Shown: positions 9,458 to 23,255, counted from the stretch's first letter. The stretch is DNA of 64,000 nucleotides from Gammaproteobacteria bacterium (GCA_965209035.1 OZ242372.1:1152001-1216000), one strand, 5' to 3'. Numbers and translations are program-made. The notes: generated by a model not told the origin, from the letters alone.

Positions 9458-10567
9458 TTGTTTGGCATGCCGGTTCTGCACAATCTGGAACTAAAAAACT
9501 TTCGCAATTGGAACCAACTTAAATTCTCACCCGCTGCTGGCATTAATTTGTTGGTCGGGGATAACGGCAGCGGAAAAACGGCAATTTTGGAGTCTTTGTT
9601 GTTTGTGTGTCGCGGTAAATCTTTTCGGGCGCGCAGCAACACCGATTGTATTCGTTATGGTGAGACGGCCGCGACCATAGACTCTTCCTGGCAGTCCGGT
9701 CGGGCGGTCGGCGGTGGCGGTAAATTTTCGGCACAGGTCCTTCTTTCGGCTTCGGGTGAGCGGCGGTTGTCCTTGCAGGGAAAACCGCAGCGGCAGAGGG
9801 CGGCAATTTTATCCCAAATCCCGGTTGTTTTTGTGGCGCCGCATAATCTCAATTTAATCGGCTCTTCTCCCGCTTTTCGCCGAACATTTTTGAACGCACT
9901 TCTGTTGCATGTTCTGCCCGAGTATCGCGGGCTTTTGGCGGACTATACAAAATGCTTGGCAGAGCGTAATGCGCGTCTTTTGCACCAACCGAGGGACTAT
10001 GCGCAAATGGTGGCATGGGACACAACTCTTGCCGCGCTGGGCGAGAGATTGGAAACTGCCGGCAATAGTGTTGTCCGCACTTTGATCAGCCGGATTGCCG
10101 AGTTGACGGATGCTCGCGCCGTTCCCCAAATCCGAGTATCCTATGCGCGGGGATGGAATGCGGATCTTTCTCTGGCGGATGCATTGCGCCGGTCTTTTGC
10201 CAAAGATCTGCGTTACGGCTTTTCCACTGTCGGTTGCCACAGAGCGGACCTGTCGGTTTGGTGCGGCAAGGTGCCGGCAATCAGAAAACTTTCCCTGGGA
10301 CAGAGTTATATGCTGGGGTTGGATTTCTTTTTTGCCGCACGGGAACAGATGGAGAATTCTTTGGGGACGCCCGCTTTGTTGATGTTGGATGATGTTATGC
10401 AACGCTTGGACAACAAAAACGGAGCATTCATTCGCGATTTTTTGCTACAGCACCGCATTCAGGCGTTGGTTACGGTCAGCGAACATCCCGCCTATTGGAA
10501 GATGGGCGGGAATCATGATGCCGGCTGGCAACTGGCAGACGATCGATTAGCCCGGCAGACGCAATAA
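9458..10567 (+). CDS. recF: DNA replication/repair protein RecF
   Basis: Motifs NFRN, GDNGSGKT, GKSFR, GCHRADL and LMLDD; lies between dnaN and gyrB. Confidence 0.93.
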   Translation: MFGMPVLHNLELKNFRNWNQLKFSPAAGINLLVGDNGSGKTAILESLLFVCRGKSFRARSNTDCIRYGETAATIDSSWQSGRAVGGGGKFSAQVLLSASGERRLSLQGKPQRQRAAILSQIPVVFVAPHNLNLIGSSPAFRRTFLNALLLHVLPEYRGLLADYTKCLAERNARLLHQPRDYAQMVAWDTTLAALGERLETAGNSVVRTLISRIAELTDARAVPQIRVSYARGWNADLSLADALRRSFAKDLRYGFSTVGCHRADLSVWCGKVPAIRKLSLGQSYMLGLDFFFAAREQMENSLGTPALLMLDDVMQRLDNKNGAFIRDFLLQHRIQALVTVSEHPAYWKMGGNHDAGWQLADDRLARQTQ

Positions 10568-10976
10568 CGAGTTTGCCGGTGTTCCGCGCTGTTGTATGTT
10601 GTGTGTTATGTTGTTCTTATGCTTATCCTTTTTTGGGGGTGGCGGGGCGGCGATTGACTGAATCGGCAAAAGGATAAAAACCTTTGAGGCGGTTTCTAAT
10701 GTGCCAGTTCCGCTTTTTTGGAACTCAAAATAAGGTAAAATAGAGTAAGAAATGGCAAAGGCAAAGGATAAGCGACTTTATGCCGACTTTCCGTTCTTTT
10801 ATTTTATTTTTAAGTTTTTTATTTCATATGTTTTCTCTCTTTAAGTTTGTTTGGAAGTTTGTTTGGTTTGGCTGCGTTATGCGAAGGACGCAGGCTGAGG
10901 CCGTTCCGGTATTGAGAACGGGAGATGCCGTTGTCTGTTGCTTCGGCTCGGAGACGGTGTCTCGGTGTCTCTATAA

Positions 10977-13588
<2,612 letters not shown>

Positions 13589-13714
13589 GCGGCTGCTTTA
13601 TTGTGGGGCTGGGCTTGTAAGGGTAAGGACTGTGCCGGGACGGAAGGAGTGCCGCACTCGTTTTTGACAGGACTTCTTTGGTAGGGCTTCTTTGGCAGGA
13701 CTGGGAGGTCTTTT

Positions 13715-16700
13715 GTGAAGTTTGTTAATGTTCCATATGGAACATTTTTTATTTAAGGGGGGGAGACGATCCGGGGTGGTGTGTGTGAAGTGATGGCGAT
13801 TGCGCCGCGGTGCGCTCTATCTATGTTCGGATGCGGGCGGATCATCCGTGGAAGGCGGATGAGAGAGATCTTTGGAACCGGCAGTTTTTGGCTCGTTCCT
13901 TCCGATGATATTTTTACTTTCTCGCCCGTCCGCCGAAATGTTCTCAATGTTCCCAAATGTTCCACGTGGAACACTAATGCCCGTGCAACATTAAAGAAAG
14001 AGAGTGGTTTGCGGAAGGTTGCTTTTATTGGAGTGATGTAAAAGTGAGTCGGCTTGGTGAAGTTTGTTAATGTTCCGCATGGAACATTGTGAACATTTTT
14101 TATTTAAGGGGGGGAGACGATCCGGGGTGGTGTGTGTGAAGTGATGGCGATTGCTCCGCGGTGTGCTCTATCTATGTTCGGATGCGGGCGGATCATCCGT
14201 GGAAGGCGGATGAGAGAGATCTTTGGAACCGGCAGTTTTTGGCTCGTTCCTTCCGATGATATTTTTACTTTCCCGCCCGTCCGCCGAAATGTTCTCAATG
14301 TTCCCAAATGTTCCACGTGGAACATCGAAATCTTGCGAAACATTAAAGAGAGTGGTTTGCGGAAGGTTGTTGTTATTGGAATGATGTAAAAGTGAGTCGG
14401 CTTGGTGAAGTTTGTTAATGTTCCATATGGAACATTGTGAACATTTTTTATTTAAGGGGGGAGACGATCCGGGGTGGTGTGTGAAGTGATGGTGATTGCG
14501 CCGCGGTGCGCTCTATCTATGTTCGGATGCGGGCGGATCATCCGTGGAAGGCGGATGAGAGAGATCTTTGGAACCGGCAGTTTTTGGCTCGTTCCTTCCG
14601 ATGATATTTTTACTTTCCCGCCCGTCCGCCGAAATGTTCTCAATGTTCCCAAATGTTCCACGTGGAACATCGAAATCTTGCGAAACATTAAAGAGAGTGG
14701 TTTGCGGAAGGTTGTTGTTATTGGAATGATGTAAAAGTGAGTCGGCTTGGTGAAGTTTGTTAATGTTCCGCATGGAACATTGTGAACATTTTTTATTTAA
14801 GGGGGGAGACGATCCGGGGTGGTGTGTGTGAAGTGATGGCGATTGCTCCGCGGTGCGCTCTATCTATGTTCGGATGCGGGCGGATCATCCGTGGAAGGCG
14901 GATGAGAGAGATCTTTGGAACCGGCAGTTTTTGGCTCGTTCCTTCCGATGATATTTTTACTTTCTCGCCCGTCCGCCGAAATGTTCTCAATGTTCCCTAA
15001 TGTTCCACGTGGAACATTAATTTCCGTGAAACATTAAAGAAAGAGAGTGGTTTGCGGAAGGTTACTTTTATTGGAGTGATGTAAAAGTGAGATGGCTTGG
15101 TGATGCTTGCCGCCCAATGTTCCACGTGGAACATCGAAATCTTGCGAAACATTAAAGAGAGTGATTTGCGGAAGGTTGCTGTTATTGGAATGATGTGAAA
15201 GTGAGTCGGCTTGGTGAAGTTTGTTAATGTTCCGCATGGAACATTGTGAACTTTTTTTATTTAAGGGGGGAGACGATCCGGGGTGGTGTGTGTGAAGTGA
15301 TGGCGATTGCTCCGCGGTGTGCTCTATCTATGTTCGGATGCGGGCGGATCATCCGTGGAAGGCGGATGAGAGAGATCTTTGGAACCGGCAATTTTTGGCT
15401 CGTTCCTTCCGATGATATTTTTACTTTCTCGCCCGTCCGCCGAAATGTTCTCAATGTTCCCAAATGTTCCACGTGGAACATTAATTTCCGTGAAACATTA
15501 AAGAAAGAGAGTGGTTTGCGGAAGGTTACTTTTATTGGAGTGATGTAAAAGTGAGATGGCTTGGTGATGCTTGCCGCCCAATGTTCCACGTGGAACATCG
15601 AAATCTTGCGAAACATTAAAGAGAGTGATTTGCGGAAGGTTGCTTTTATTGGAGTGATGTAAAAGTGAGTCGGCTTGGTGAAGTTTGTTAATGTTCCGCA
15701 TGGAACATTGTGAACATTTTTTATTTAAGGGGGGAGACGATCCGGGGTGGTGTGTGTGAAGTGATGGCGATTGCTCCGCGCTGCGGCTGTTCCGCGGTTC
15801 GTTCTATCCATGATCCATGTTCGGATGCGGGCGGATCATCCGTGGAAGGCGGATGAGAGAGATCTTTGGAACCGGCAGTTTTTGGCTCGTTCCTTCCGAT
15901 GATATTTTTACTTTCTCGCCCGTCCGCCGAAATGTTCTCAATGTTCCCAAATGTTCCACGTGGAACACTAATGCCCGTGCAACATTAAAGAAAGAGAGTG
16001 GTTTGCGGAAGGTTGCTTTTATTGGAGTGATGTAAAAGTGAGTCGGCTTGGTGAAGTTTGTTAATGTTCCGCATGGAACATTGTGAACATTTTTTATTTA
16101 AGGGGGGGAGACGATCCGGGGTGGTGTGTGTGAAGTGATGGCGATTGCTCCGCGGTGTGCTCTATCTATGTTCGGATGCGGGCGGATCATCCGTGGAAGG
16201 CGGATGAGAGAGATCTTTGGAACCGGCAGTTTTTGGCTCGTTCCTTCCGATGATATTTTTACTTTCCCGCCCGTCCGCCGAAATGTTCTCAATGTTCCTA
16301 ATGTTCCACGTGGAACATTAATTTCCGTGAAACATTAAAGAAAGAGAGTGGTTTGCGGAAGGTTGCTTTTATTGGAGTGATGTAAAAGTGAGTCGGCTTG
16401 GTGAAGTTTGTTAATGTTCCGCATGGAACATTGTGAACATTTTTTATTTAAGGGGGGAGACGATCCGGGGTGGTGTGTGTGAAGTGATGGCGACTGCTCC
16501 GCGGTGCGCTCTATCTATGTTCGGATGCGGGCGGATCATCCGTGGAAGGCGGATGAGAGAGATCTTTGGAATCGGCAGTTTTTGGCTCGTTCCTTCCGAT
16601 GATATTTTTACTTTCCCGCCCGTCCGCCGAAATGTTCTCAATGTTCCTAATGTTCCACGTGAAACATTAAAGAAAGAGAGTGGTTTGCGGAAGGTTGCTT

Positions 16701-16887
16701 TTATTGGAGTGATGTAAAAGTGAGATGGCTCGGTGATGCTTGCCGCCCAATGTTCCACGTGGAACATCTGAACATCGGAACATTAAAGAGAGAGGTTTGT
16801 CGAAGATTACTCTTATTGGAGTGATGTAAAAGTGAGTCGGCTTGGCGAAGTTGGTTAATGTTCCGCATGGAACATTGTGAACATTTT
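13715..16887. repeat. Satellite array of 8 units (~345-465 bp), each carrying parS palindromes
   Basis: The unit anchor TTTTATTTAAGGGGGG recurs at ~13747, 14098, 14446, 14792, 15256, 15719, 16092 and 16441. Units are near-identical. Confidence 0.97.
13958..16766. promoter_or_regulatory. Cluster of 11 parS (ParB-binding) sites
   Basis: Perfect palindrome TGTTCCACGTGGAACA at 13958, 14309, 14654, 15001, 15118, 15465, 15582, 15952, 16302 and 16751, plus TGTTCCACGTGAAACA at 16651. These match the chromosomal parS consensus TGTTNCACGTGAAACA and lie near the origin. Confidence 0.9.
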
Positions 16888-17064
16888 CTTTTTTGTATGA
16901 GATTTTGCCGAAATCGCATCAAAGAGAAAGAACATGCACCGAGAACGGTGAATATTGATGTGTTGCCGTATTCGTATTAATGCGCGGAGCAATTATCCGG
17001 GTGATTGTTTTTTGTTTCTTTCTTCTTTCTTTTTCCCCGTATTTTTAGAAAGGAACGCGGAAGG

Positions 17065-18594
17065 TTAACCGGCTGTTATTTTGTTCAGGTAGGTCTCGGT
17101 ATCCAAAAGAAGAGAATAGGCGGGGTCCTCTTTCGGCGTATCGGCGAGAAGTGTTTTTAGACTCGCACGAATTTCCGGCAGATCTCTTGCCCACACTTTT
17201 TGGCAATGGTTGTTCCATTCCGCTTTCTCGTTCTTTGTGAGGAGGTGCGGGAAATTGCGACCCTTGTAATGTGCGACCAATGCCGGCAATCGTTCGTCCT
17301 CAAAAGAGTCGGGGTCGGTTGCGATATTGCTAATTTTTTCTTCGGTGTCCTCGATGTTTGGGATATTTGCGATGCCCGCGCTATTTGCGATGCCTGCGCC
17401 GGATATTGCCGCAAGCAGTGCGGCATCCCGGTCGGTGATAAACTGTTGATATAACAGTTCTTCGGCGGAACAATAAGTGCCTTCCGCCGGAAACTCCCGT
17501 TCTTTGCCAAAGATTTGGCGAACCTTTGCGCGTAGGGCCTCCCGATGTTTGCCGGCTAATTGCAGATGGTTGCGTGTCTGTTCGCGATCCAGCGACAGGC
17601 GGGCGAAGATATCGTTCATCTTGTCTTGGGTCCAGGTTTTGTCAAACGGGAAGAGTACCGGGCAGTGATTGACTCGCAGGCCCTTAATTCCCTGTAACGG
17701 CGAGATGCCGCTTTCTTCGGCGACCGAGTGCTTGACGAACATTCGTTCGCGGGCCTCTTCGGCGGAGAGTTCCAAAAAGGGCAGCGGCGAGTGTCGCAGA
17801 TCAAAACAATGAAACAGGTTAGCTTGTCGCGGATCCCGAACAAGTGGCAAAACAATACTGCCGCCGTGATGCTCGCCGCGAAAACGCGAGGAAAAGTGCA
17901 AGAGCGGAGCGGAGTCTCGCGCCTGCAGTAACGAAATACTTTCTATTTTGCCGCGATGTCGCAAGCAAAAATCAAACAATTCGGGAGCATTATGGCGGAC
18001 GATCTTTGCCAGACACAGGAGGGCCCCGGTATCTTCCAACGCGTCGTGAGCGATGATCTCAATCCCGTTTGCCTGTGCCAGGTCTTCCAACTTGTATGAG
18101 GGAGTGCCGTCTTCTTTGTGCGCCGGGCGAAGTGTGTCCGGCGCGAGGACGGAAACAAGACGCAACACATTCAAAAGGTCCCACTTGCCGCAGTTGTTTT
18201 TGAATTCGTGCTCGTAAGGAGGGAGCAGGTTGCGATAAAAAAGGTAGCGCAGGTGTTTGTTGTCAAACTCTTCCGAGTTGTAGCCCACGGAGCAGGTGCC
18301 GGGGAGACACACTTCCCGATGAATACGCGCGGCGAACTCACTTTCGCGCAGAGCTCCGTTGCGTTTTGCGCCCTCGCCGATGAGTTGCAACGGGCTGATT
18401 CTATGCACCCCGGCGCTTTCGGGGTCCGGCAGGCGATCCATCGGCAGTTGGCAAAGAAGGTTGATCGGCTCTCCCAAAGTATGAAAATTCGCGTCCGTTC
18501 GCACCGCGCCGAATTGAATGATCGGGCGCCGCAACTCGCTGAGTCCGAAGGTTTCCAGATCATACCAAAGAAAAGTTTGCGGGTCGGGGCTCAT
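17065..18594 (-). CDS. sbcB: Exodeoxyribonuclease I
   Basis: DEDDh motifs WYDLETFG, GYNSEEFD and AHDALED, plus SYKLEDL and YKGRNFP. Confidence 0.93.
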   Translation of the reverse strand: MSPDPQTFLWYDLETFGLSELRRPIIQFGAVRTDANFHTLGEPINLLCQLPMDRLPDPESAGVHRISPLQLIGEGAKRNGALRESEFAARIHREVCLPGTCSVGYNSEEFDNKHLRYLFYRNLLPPYEHEFKNNCGKWDLLNVLRLVSVLAPDTLRPAHKEDGTPSYKLEDLAQANGIEIIAHDALEDTGALLCLAKIVRHNAPELFDFCLRHRGKIESISLLQARDSAPLLHFSSRFRGEHHGGSIVLPLVRDPRQANLFHCFDLRHSPLPFLELSAEEARERMFVKHSVAEESGISPLQGIKGLRVNHCPVLFPFDKTWTQDKMNDIFARLSLDREQTRNHLQLAGKHREALRAKVRQIFGKEREFPAEGTYCSAEELLYQQFITDRDAALLAAISGAGIANSAGIANIPNIEDTEEKISNIATDPDSFEDERLPALVAHYKGRNFPHLLTKNEKAEWNNHCQKVWARDLPEIRASLKTLLADTPKEDPAYSLLLDTETYLNKITAG

Positions 18595-20084
18595 GATCCG
18601 GTGCGCGGATGACGCGCGGGACGGGAAACAAAGCGGCCTGCTGGCCTTCGCTTGTCATAAGGGTTTGGGTCATTTTTCAGGGAAATCCGCACCACCCCGA
18701 TATTGAGCGCGTCGCGAAAACTTCTTTGCAAGTAACGCACATAGGATGCCGGCAATCTGTCCAGCCGTTTGCCGTGAATGAAAAAAGACGGCGGGTTTGT
18801 TCCCTCTTGGCGGACATAACGCAGTTGCGGGCGAATGCCGCCCGGCATGGGCGGTGGCAACTGTGTTGTCGCCTCGGTCAAAACGGAGTTGAGGAGTTTT
18901 TTATCCCATTCGCCGCAGGTCTGTTCGCGCACCTTGAGCGCGGTGTGCAGGAGTTTGGTGATGCCCTGTTTTTTGGTTGCCGACACAAATACGCGCGGCA
19001 CATAATCCAGAGAACTCAGTTGCCCTTCCAACTCGGCATTGAGAGAGACCCTTTCCTGTTTGGTTAGCAAGTCGGATTTGTTCACAGCCACTACCGACGC
19101 CTTTCCCATTCTGTGTATCAGATGCAGCAGACGCATGTCCTGTGTTTCCAAGCCGGTTGTGGCATCCAAAAGATAAAGGACAAGGTCGGCTTCGGCTGCG
19201 GCACCCAATGCTTCGGCTGTCGCTTTTTTGTCAAGGTCCTCGCGGATGCGATTTTTTTTGCGTACTCCCGCCGTATCACACAGGCGAATTTTTAACTTGC
19301 GGTGAAAAAAGGGCAGACGAACGGCGTCGCGCGTGGAACCGGGTTTGGCATCCACCAGTTGTCGTTCTTCGCCGAGCAAACAGTTAAAGATCGAGGATTT
19401 TCCGACATTGGGTTTGCCAAGCAGAGCGAATGCGGCATCCGCGGCATCGAAGGAATTGTCGAAACTGCGGAATGAATTTTCCGGTGCTTCTGCTTCTTTT
19501 TTATCTTCATCTTCATCCGGTGAGCGCAACAACCCCGGCATGTCGGCGACAGCGGCCAAGAGTTTTTTCAAGCCAAAGCCGCTGTGCGCGGAAACACAGA
19601 ACACGGGAAAACCAAATTGGTAGTAGTCGGCCGCCCGGGATTCGTCGCCAAAATCGGTTTTGTTGACGAGCAGAAAAGTGTTGTTGCCGGTTTTATGCAG
19701 TTCCCGGGCGATGCGACTGTCTTCGCTGTCCGGCATGTGTGTCCCGTCGCATACCATCAACACCAGGTCGGCAAGCTGCCCGGCCTGTTTTGCCCGGTCC
19801 TCCATTTTTTCCGAAAAATCCGAGCAGCCCACTGCGGCTGTTCCGTAGCCGGGGCTGTCTGTTAACAGGATATGCGATGTTGCATTTAGAGCGACATGCC
19901 CGGACAGAATATCCCGGGTGACACCCGCGCTGTCATGGACTATGGCAAGTTTCTTACCAAGGATTCGGTTGAAAAGAGAAGACTTGCCGACATTGGGCTT
20001 TCCGACCAAAGCGACCGCGGGCAAGGGCGATGTCCCGGCAACAGGCATAAAAGGAATAAGGGATGAGGAATGAGGAATAAACAA
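18591..20084 (-). CDS. der: Ribosome biogenesis GTPase Der (EngA)
   Basis: Two GKPNVGKSS P-loops, GVTRD/GSTRD, DTAGVRK and a KH-like C-terminus. The start may be ~12 codons downstream. Confidence 0.96.
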   Translation of the reverse strand: MFIPHSSSLIPFMPVAGTSPLPAVALVGKPNVGKSSLFNRILGKKLAIVHDSAGVTRDILSGHVALNATSHILLTDSPGYGTAAVGCSDFSEKMEDRAKQAGQLADLVLMVCDGTHMPDSEDSRIARELHKTGNNTFLLVNKTDFGDESRAADYYQFGFPVFCVSAHSGFGLKKLLAAVADMPGLLRSPDEDEDKKEAEAPENSFRSFDNSFDAADAAFALLGKPNVGKSSIFNCLLGEERQLVDAKPGSTRDAVRLPFFHRKLKIRLCDTAGVRKKNRIREDLDKKATAEALGAAAEADLVLYLLDATTGLETQDMRLLHLIHRMGKASVVAVNKSDLLTKQERVSLNAELEGQLSSLDYVPRVFVSATKKQGITKLLHTALKVREQTCGEWDKKLLNSVLTEATTQLPPPMPGGIRPQLRYVRQEGTNPPSFFIHGKRLDRLPASYVRYLQRSFRDALNIGVVRISLKNDPNPYDKRRPAGRFVSRPARHPRTGS

Positions 20085-20106
20085 AAAAAGAAAGCCGGCA
20101 AGGAGA

Positions 20107-21279
20107 TTAACGATCTCTTGGCCGCACCCTCCAAAAACCCGCCAATCCCTCGCCGTCCAAGGTAATGACGCCGTCCGAGTCGCCGCCGGTTGGAGTCAGG
20201 AGGATGCTGACCGGTGTGACGGCAATGCGTTTTCGTTTCAGCAGAGAGCCGTCCTCGGGGGACAGGACGGACAGGTAGCCGTCCTCATCTGTGAGCAGAA
20301 TATAGTCGCCCGCCACGGCAATGCCGGTTGGGTTGGCGCGGGCACTTGTGTCCGCCTGCCAGACGAGTTCGCCGTCTTGCTTGCGAAACGCAAAGACATC
20401 CTGTTCCGAGCCAATGCCATAGAGGTTTTCGCTGTCTTGTGCCAGCGACAGACTGCCGCCAAAATTCTGCCGCCAGAGTTCTCTTCCTCCCGCAAGGTTG
20501 ATCGCAATCAGCGAGCCGCCGTAAGCGGAAAGATACAGGATGTTGTTTGCGCCGATCAGGGCCGCATCAATATCTACCAGACGCTCTATGTCTGTGATGC
20601 CGGTCGGGACGGCGAGTTGGCGAAAACTGACGACATTGCCGTTTCGCCAATCAATGATTGCCAGGGAGCCGTCGGCGAAACCGGCAATCGCATAGGGACC
20701 CAACAAAATCGGCGGGAAGCCGCCGCGCAAAGAAAGGCGCGGACTATAGGCATCATAAATCCAGAGAACGGAGCCTTCGTACGGATTTAATGCGAGCAGT
20801 TGCTCCTTTGCCGTTTGGATGATCAGCACATCCGCATTGGCGGCGGGCGGGATGAAGCTTTCCGCATCCAGCAGCGATTGCCAAATCACCGCACCGTCTT
20901 CTTTGTTCAGAGCATAGGCAAAACCGTCTTTATCCGTTGTGTACAGTTGGTCCGCGAACAGGCCAAGGCAACCGGTCAGGGCGGCTCCCGGGCGGGTGAC
21001 CCACAGCCGTTTGCCTTTTTGCAAATCCAGGGCGAGCACCTTGCGGGCGTCGCATATAAACAGGGATTCTCCGTCCTCCGCAGGAATCTGGCTGCGCGGT
21101 TGGATTCTGGGTCCTATGCCCAGTCCGGTTTTCCAGACGGCCTCAAGTTTTGGCGGTTTTTTAATGTCACGGCCTGCGCCGGATTTTTCCACCGAAGCAC
21201 AGGCAACCAGAGTCGTTGCCCAGATAAGCATAACAAGACGAGTTGCCCAAAGTTGGACAGGGTCTTTCATTCTTGGCAT
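20107..21279 (-). CDS. bamB: Outer membrane protein assembly factor BamB
   Basis: Lipobox LVAC, PQQ-like beta-propeller repeats and ERLVDIDA; yfgM-bamB-der synteny. Confidence 0.9.
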   Translation of the reverse strand: MPRMKDPVQLWATRLVMLIWATTLVACASVEKSGAGRDIKKPPKLEAVWKTGLGIGPRIQPRSQIPAEDGESLFICDARKVLALDLQKGKRLWVTRPGAALTGCLGLFADQLYTTDKDGFAYALNKEDGAVIWQSLLDAESFIPPAANADVLIIQTAKEQLLALNPYEGSVLWIYDAYSPRLSLRGGFPPILLGPYAIAGFADGSLAIIDWRNGNVVSFRQLAVPTGITDIERLVDIDAALIGANNILYLSAYGGSLIAINLAGGRELWRQNFGGSLSLAQDSENLYGIGSEQDVFAFRKQDGELVWQADTSARANPTGIAVAGDYILLTDEDGYLSVLSPEDGSLLKRKRIAVTPVSILLTPTGGDSDGVITLDGEGLAGFWRVRPRDR

Positions 21280-21295
21280 GCGTATGTGTGTCGCC

Positions 21296-21964
21296 TTAGC
21301 CGGGTTGTTTCAAGAGCGACAATTTGTAGTTGATGAAGTCTGCGTTGGCGCCCAATTCTTTTGCCAGATTGTAAGCGGCAATGGCTTCTTCGGTCTGTTG
21401 CCGGGCGCGCAGAATATCGCCGCGCAATTCCGCAACCAGCGCGGTTTCTTGTTCTATATTGTTGAGCAGCGCGGCGGCCTGTTCCGCGTCGCCCTTTTCC
21501 AACAGCAGCCGTGCCAAAAAAATACTCCCCAATTCTTGGGCGACATCATTTTTTGCATTGGCAATCGCCCATTGGAAAGCCCGCTCGGCCTGTTCCGTGT
21601 CGTCGCGCAAAGCGTGTTCCCCGCCCATCTTTAAGGTGGCATAGGTGGCATAACCGGTATTCGGGTGATCCGCACGCAATCGTTGTGCGAACAATTCCAT
21701 ATTCTCCAGCAACTCGACTTCGGTACCGGCGGTCACATTACCGCCTTTAATGTACTCGGTGAGAACAAAGTTCACCTCCGTAAATTGATTGTATAGTGCG
21801 GTCGCTTCCGTGCGGTGCGTTGCCCGGTTCTGTTGATAGATGTTTTGGCCGACCAAAACAGCCAATACCAGCAGGATGCCGCCGACCACAGGCATACCAT
21901 ATTTCTTGGCAAGCCGGCGTAAGTTACTTAATTGTTGTTTTTCAAAGTTATCCATAAGAACCAA
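21296..21964 (-). CDS. yfgM: YfgM-family TPR membrane protein
   Basis: N-terminal TM, LARLLL and ELRGDIL motifs; lies between hisS and bamB. Confidence 0.88.
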   Translation of the reverse strand: MVLMDNFEKQQLSNLRRLAKKYGMPVVGGILLVLAVLVGQNIYQQNRATHRTEATALYNQFTEVNFVLTEYIKGGNVTAGTEVELLENMELFAQRLRADHPNTGYATYATLKMGGEHALRDDTEQAERAFQWAIANAKNDVAQELGSIFLARLLLEKGDAEQAAALLNNIEQETALVAELRGDILRARQQTEEAIAAYNLAKELGANADFINYKLSLLKQPG

Positions 21965-21971
21965 ATAGTGA

Positions 21972-23243
21972 TTAAATTATCGTTTGCATTTTTTCAAAAA
22001 AATTGTCCCACTTCATACGCGTCTGTTCGCCTGTCCGCATATCGCGCAGACAACAGAGATCCTTATCTTCTTCCTCTTCACCCAGAATGACGACAAACGG
22101 AATCTTCTGTTTGTCGGCTTTCTTAAGTGCGGACTTCAAACTCGGCGAGCCCAAGGCACTTTCAACGCATAAGCGAGGCAACCTACTCCATATTCTATGC
22201 CTTAATGAGAGCATCTTTGCCGAATCTGTTAAACAAACCAGCAGAACCTGTGTTTTTTCCGCTGCGTCTGTTGGCAAACAGTTTGCCCGCTCCAATAGAA
22301 GTAACAGACGCTCCATGCCCATGGCGAAACCCGTTGCCGCCGTTGGTTTGCCGCCCAGTAAGGCCGGCAGGGCATCGTATCGCCCGCCGGCACAGACCGT
22401 ATTTTGCGCATCCAGACCATCGCATACCCATTCAAAGACAATGTCGGTGTAATAATCCAAACCGCGCACCAGCCGCGGATTAACTTCACAGGGAATTTCA
22501 AGTTGTTTCAGCTGCTCGCAAATCGCTTGCAGCGTTTCTTGACTTTTGGCGGATACATAATCCGTCAGACTCGGCGCGTCCGCCAAAAGTTGGACGGTCA
22601 CAGGATCTTTAGAATCTTGCAGACGCAAAGGGGCGGTTTTTAATCGCCTTCTGTCGTTTGCCGGCAGTTCCTCCTCTCGGCTTGCGAAATGTCGCACGAG
22701 AGCATCGCCATATTTTTTTCGCTCGGTCGCGCTGCCGAGAATATTGACTTGCAGTTTTGGTAAAAAAAGATCTTTTAATCCCAATGCCTGCCAGAAACTT
22801 GCACAAATCAGAATCATTTCCGTATCCGCGTCCGCCCCTTCAAAGCCGATTGCTTCGGCGCCGATCTGGTCAAACTGCCGAAGGCGGCCGCTTTGGGGAC
22901 GCTCGTAACGAAACATCGGGCCCAGATACCAGAGGCGTCGTTTCTGTCCCGCAAACAGGCCGGCTTGTATGCCGGCGCGCAATAATCCGGCGGTGCCTTC
23001 CGGGCGCAGGCAAACGGATTGGTCGCTTTTGTCCTTGAATTCGTACATCTCCTTTTCCACGATGTCCGTGGCGTCGCCGACCGAGCGACGAAACAATTCG
23101 GTTTTTTCCAAGACGGGGAAACGCATTTCTTTGTAACCGTATGCCCGCAGAACCGAGATGAGAATTTCTTCGGTTTTGCGCCGCACTCCCCCCGCCGGCG
23201 GCGCCAAAACCGGCATGCCGCGCACCGCCGGGATACTGTTCAC
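21972..23243 (-). CDS. hisS: Histidine--tRNA ligase
   Basis: Motifs LRPEGTA, MFRYERPQSGRLRQF, LVRGLDYY and AGGRYD. Confidence 0.98.
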   Translation of the reverse strand: MNSIPAVRGMPVLAPPAGGVRRKTEEILISVLRAYGYKEMRFPVLEKTELFRRSVGDATDIVEKEMYEFKDKSDQSVCLRPEGTAGLLRAGIQAGLFAGQKRRLWYLGPMFRYERPQSGRLRQFDQIGAEAIGFEGADADTEMILICASFWQALGLKDLFLPKLQVNILGSATERKKYGDALVRHFASREEELPANDRRRLKTAPLRLQDSKDPVTVQLLADAPSLTDYVSAKSQETLQAICEQLKQLEIPCEVNPRLVRGLDYYTDIVFEWVCDGLDAQNTVCAGGRYDALPALLGGKPTAATGFAMGMERLLLLLERANCLPTDAAEKTQVLLVCLTDSAKMLSLRHRIWSRLPRLCVESALGSPSLKSALKKADKQKIPFVVILGEEEEDKDLCCLRDMRTGEQTRMKWDNFFEKMQTII

Positions 23244-23255
23244 CTGGTGTTTCGT

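Noticed and set aside
13715-16887. CRISPR array, or real small proteins such as MCEVMAIAPR and MFHVEH ORFs
   Set aside because: Whole units repeat with no unique spacers. The ORFs occur on both strands, are broken by unit indels, and MFHVEH is simply the translated parS palindrome.
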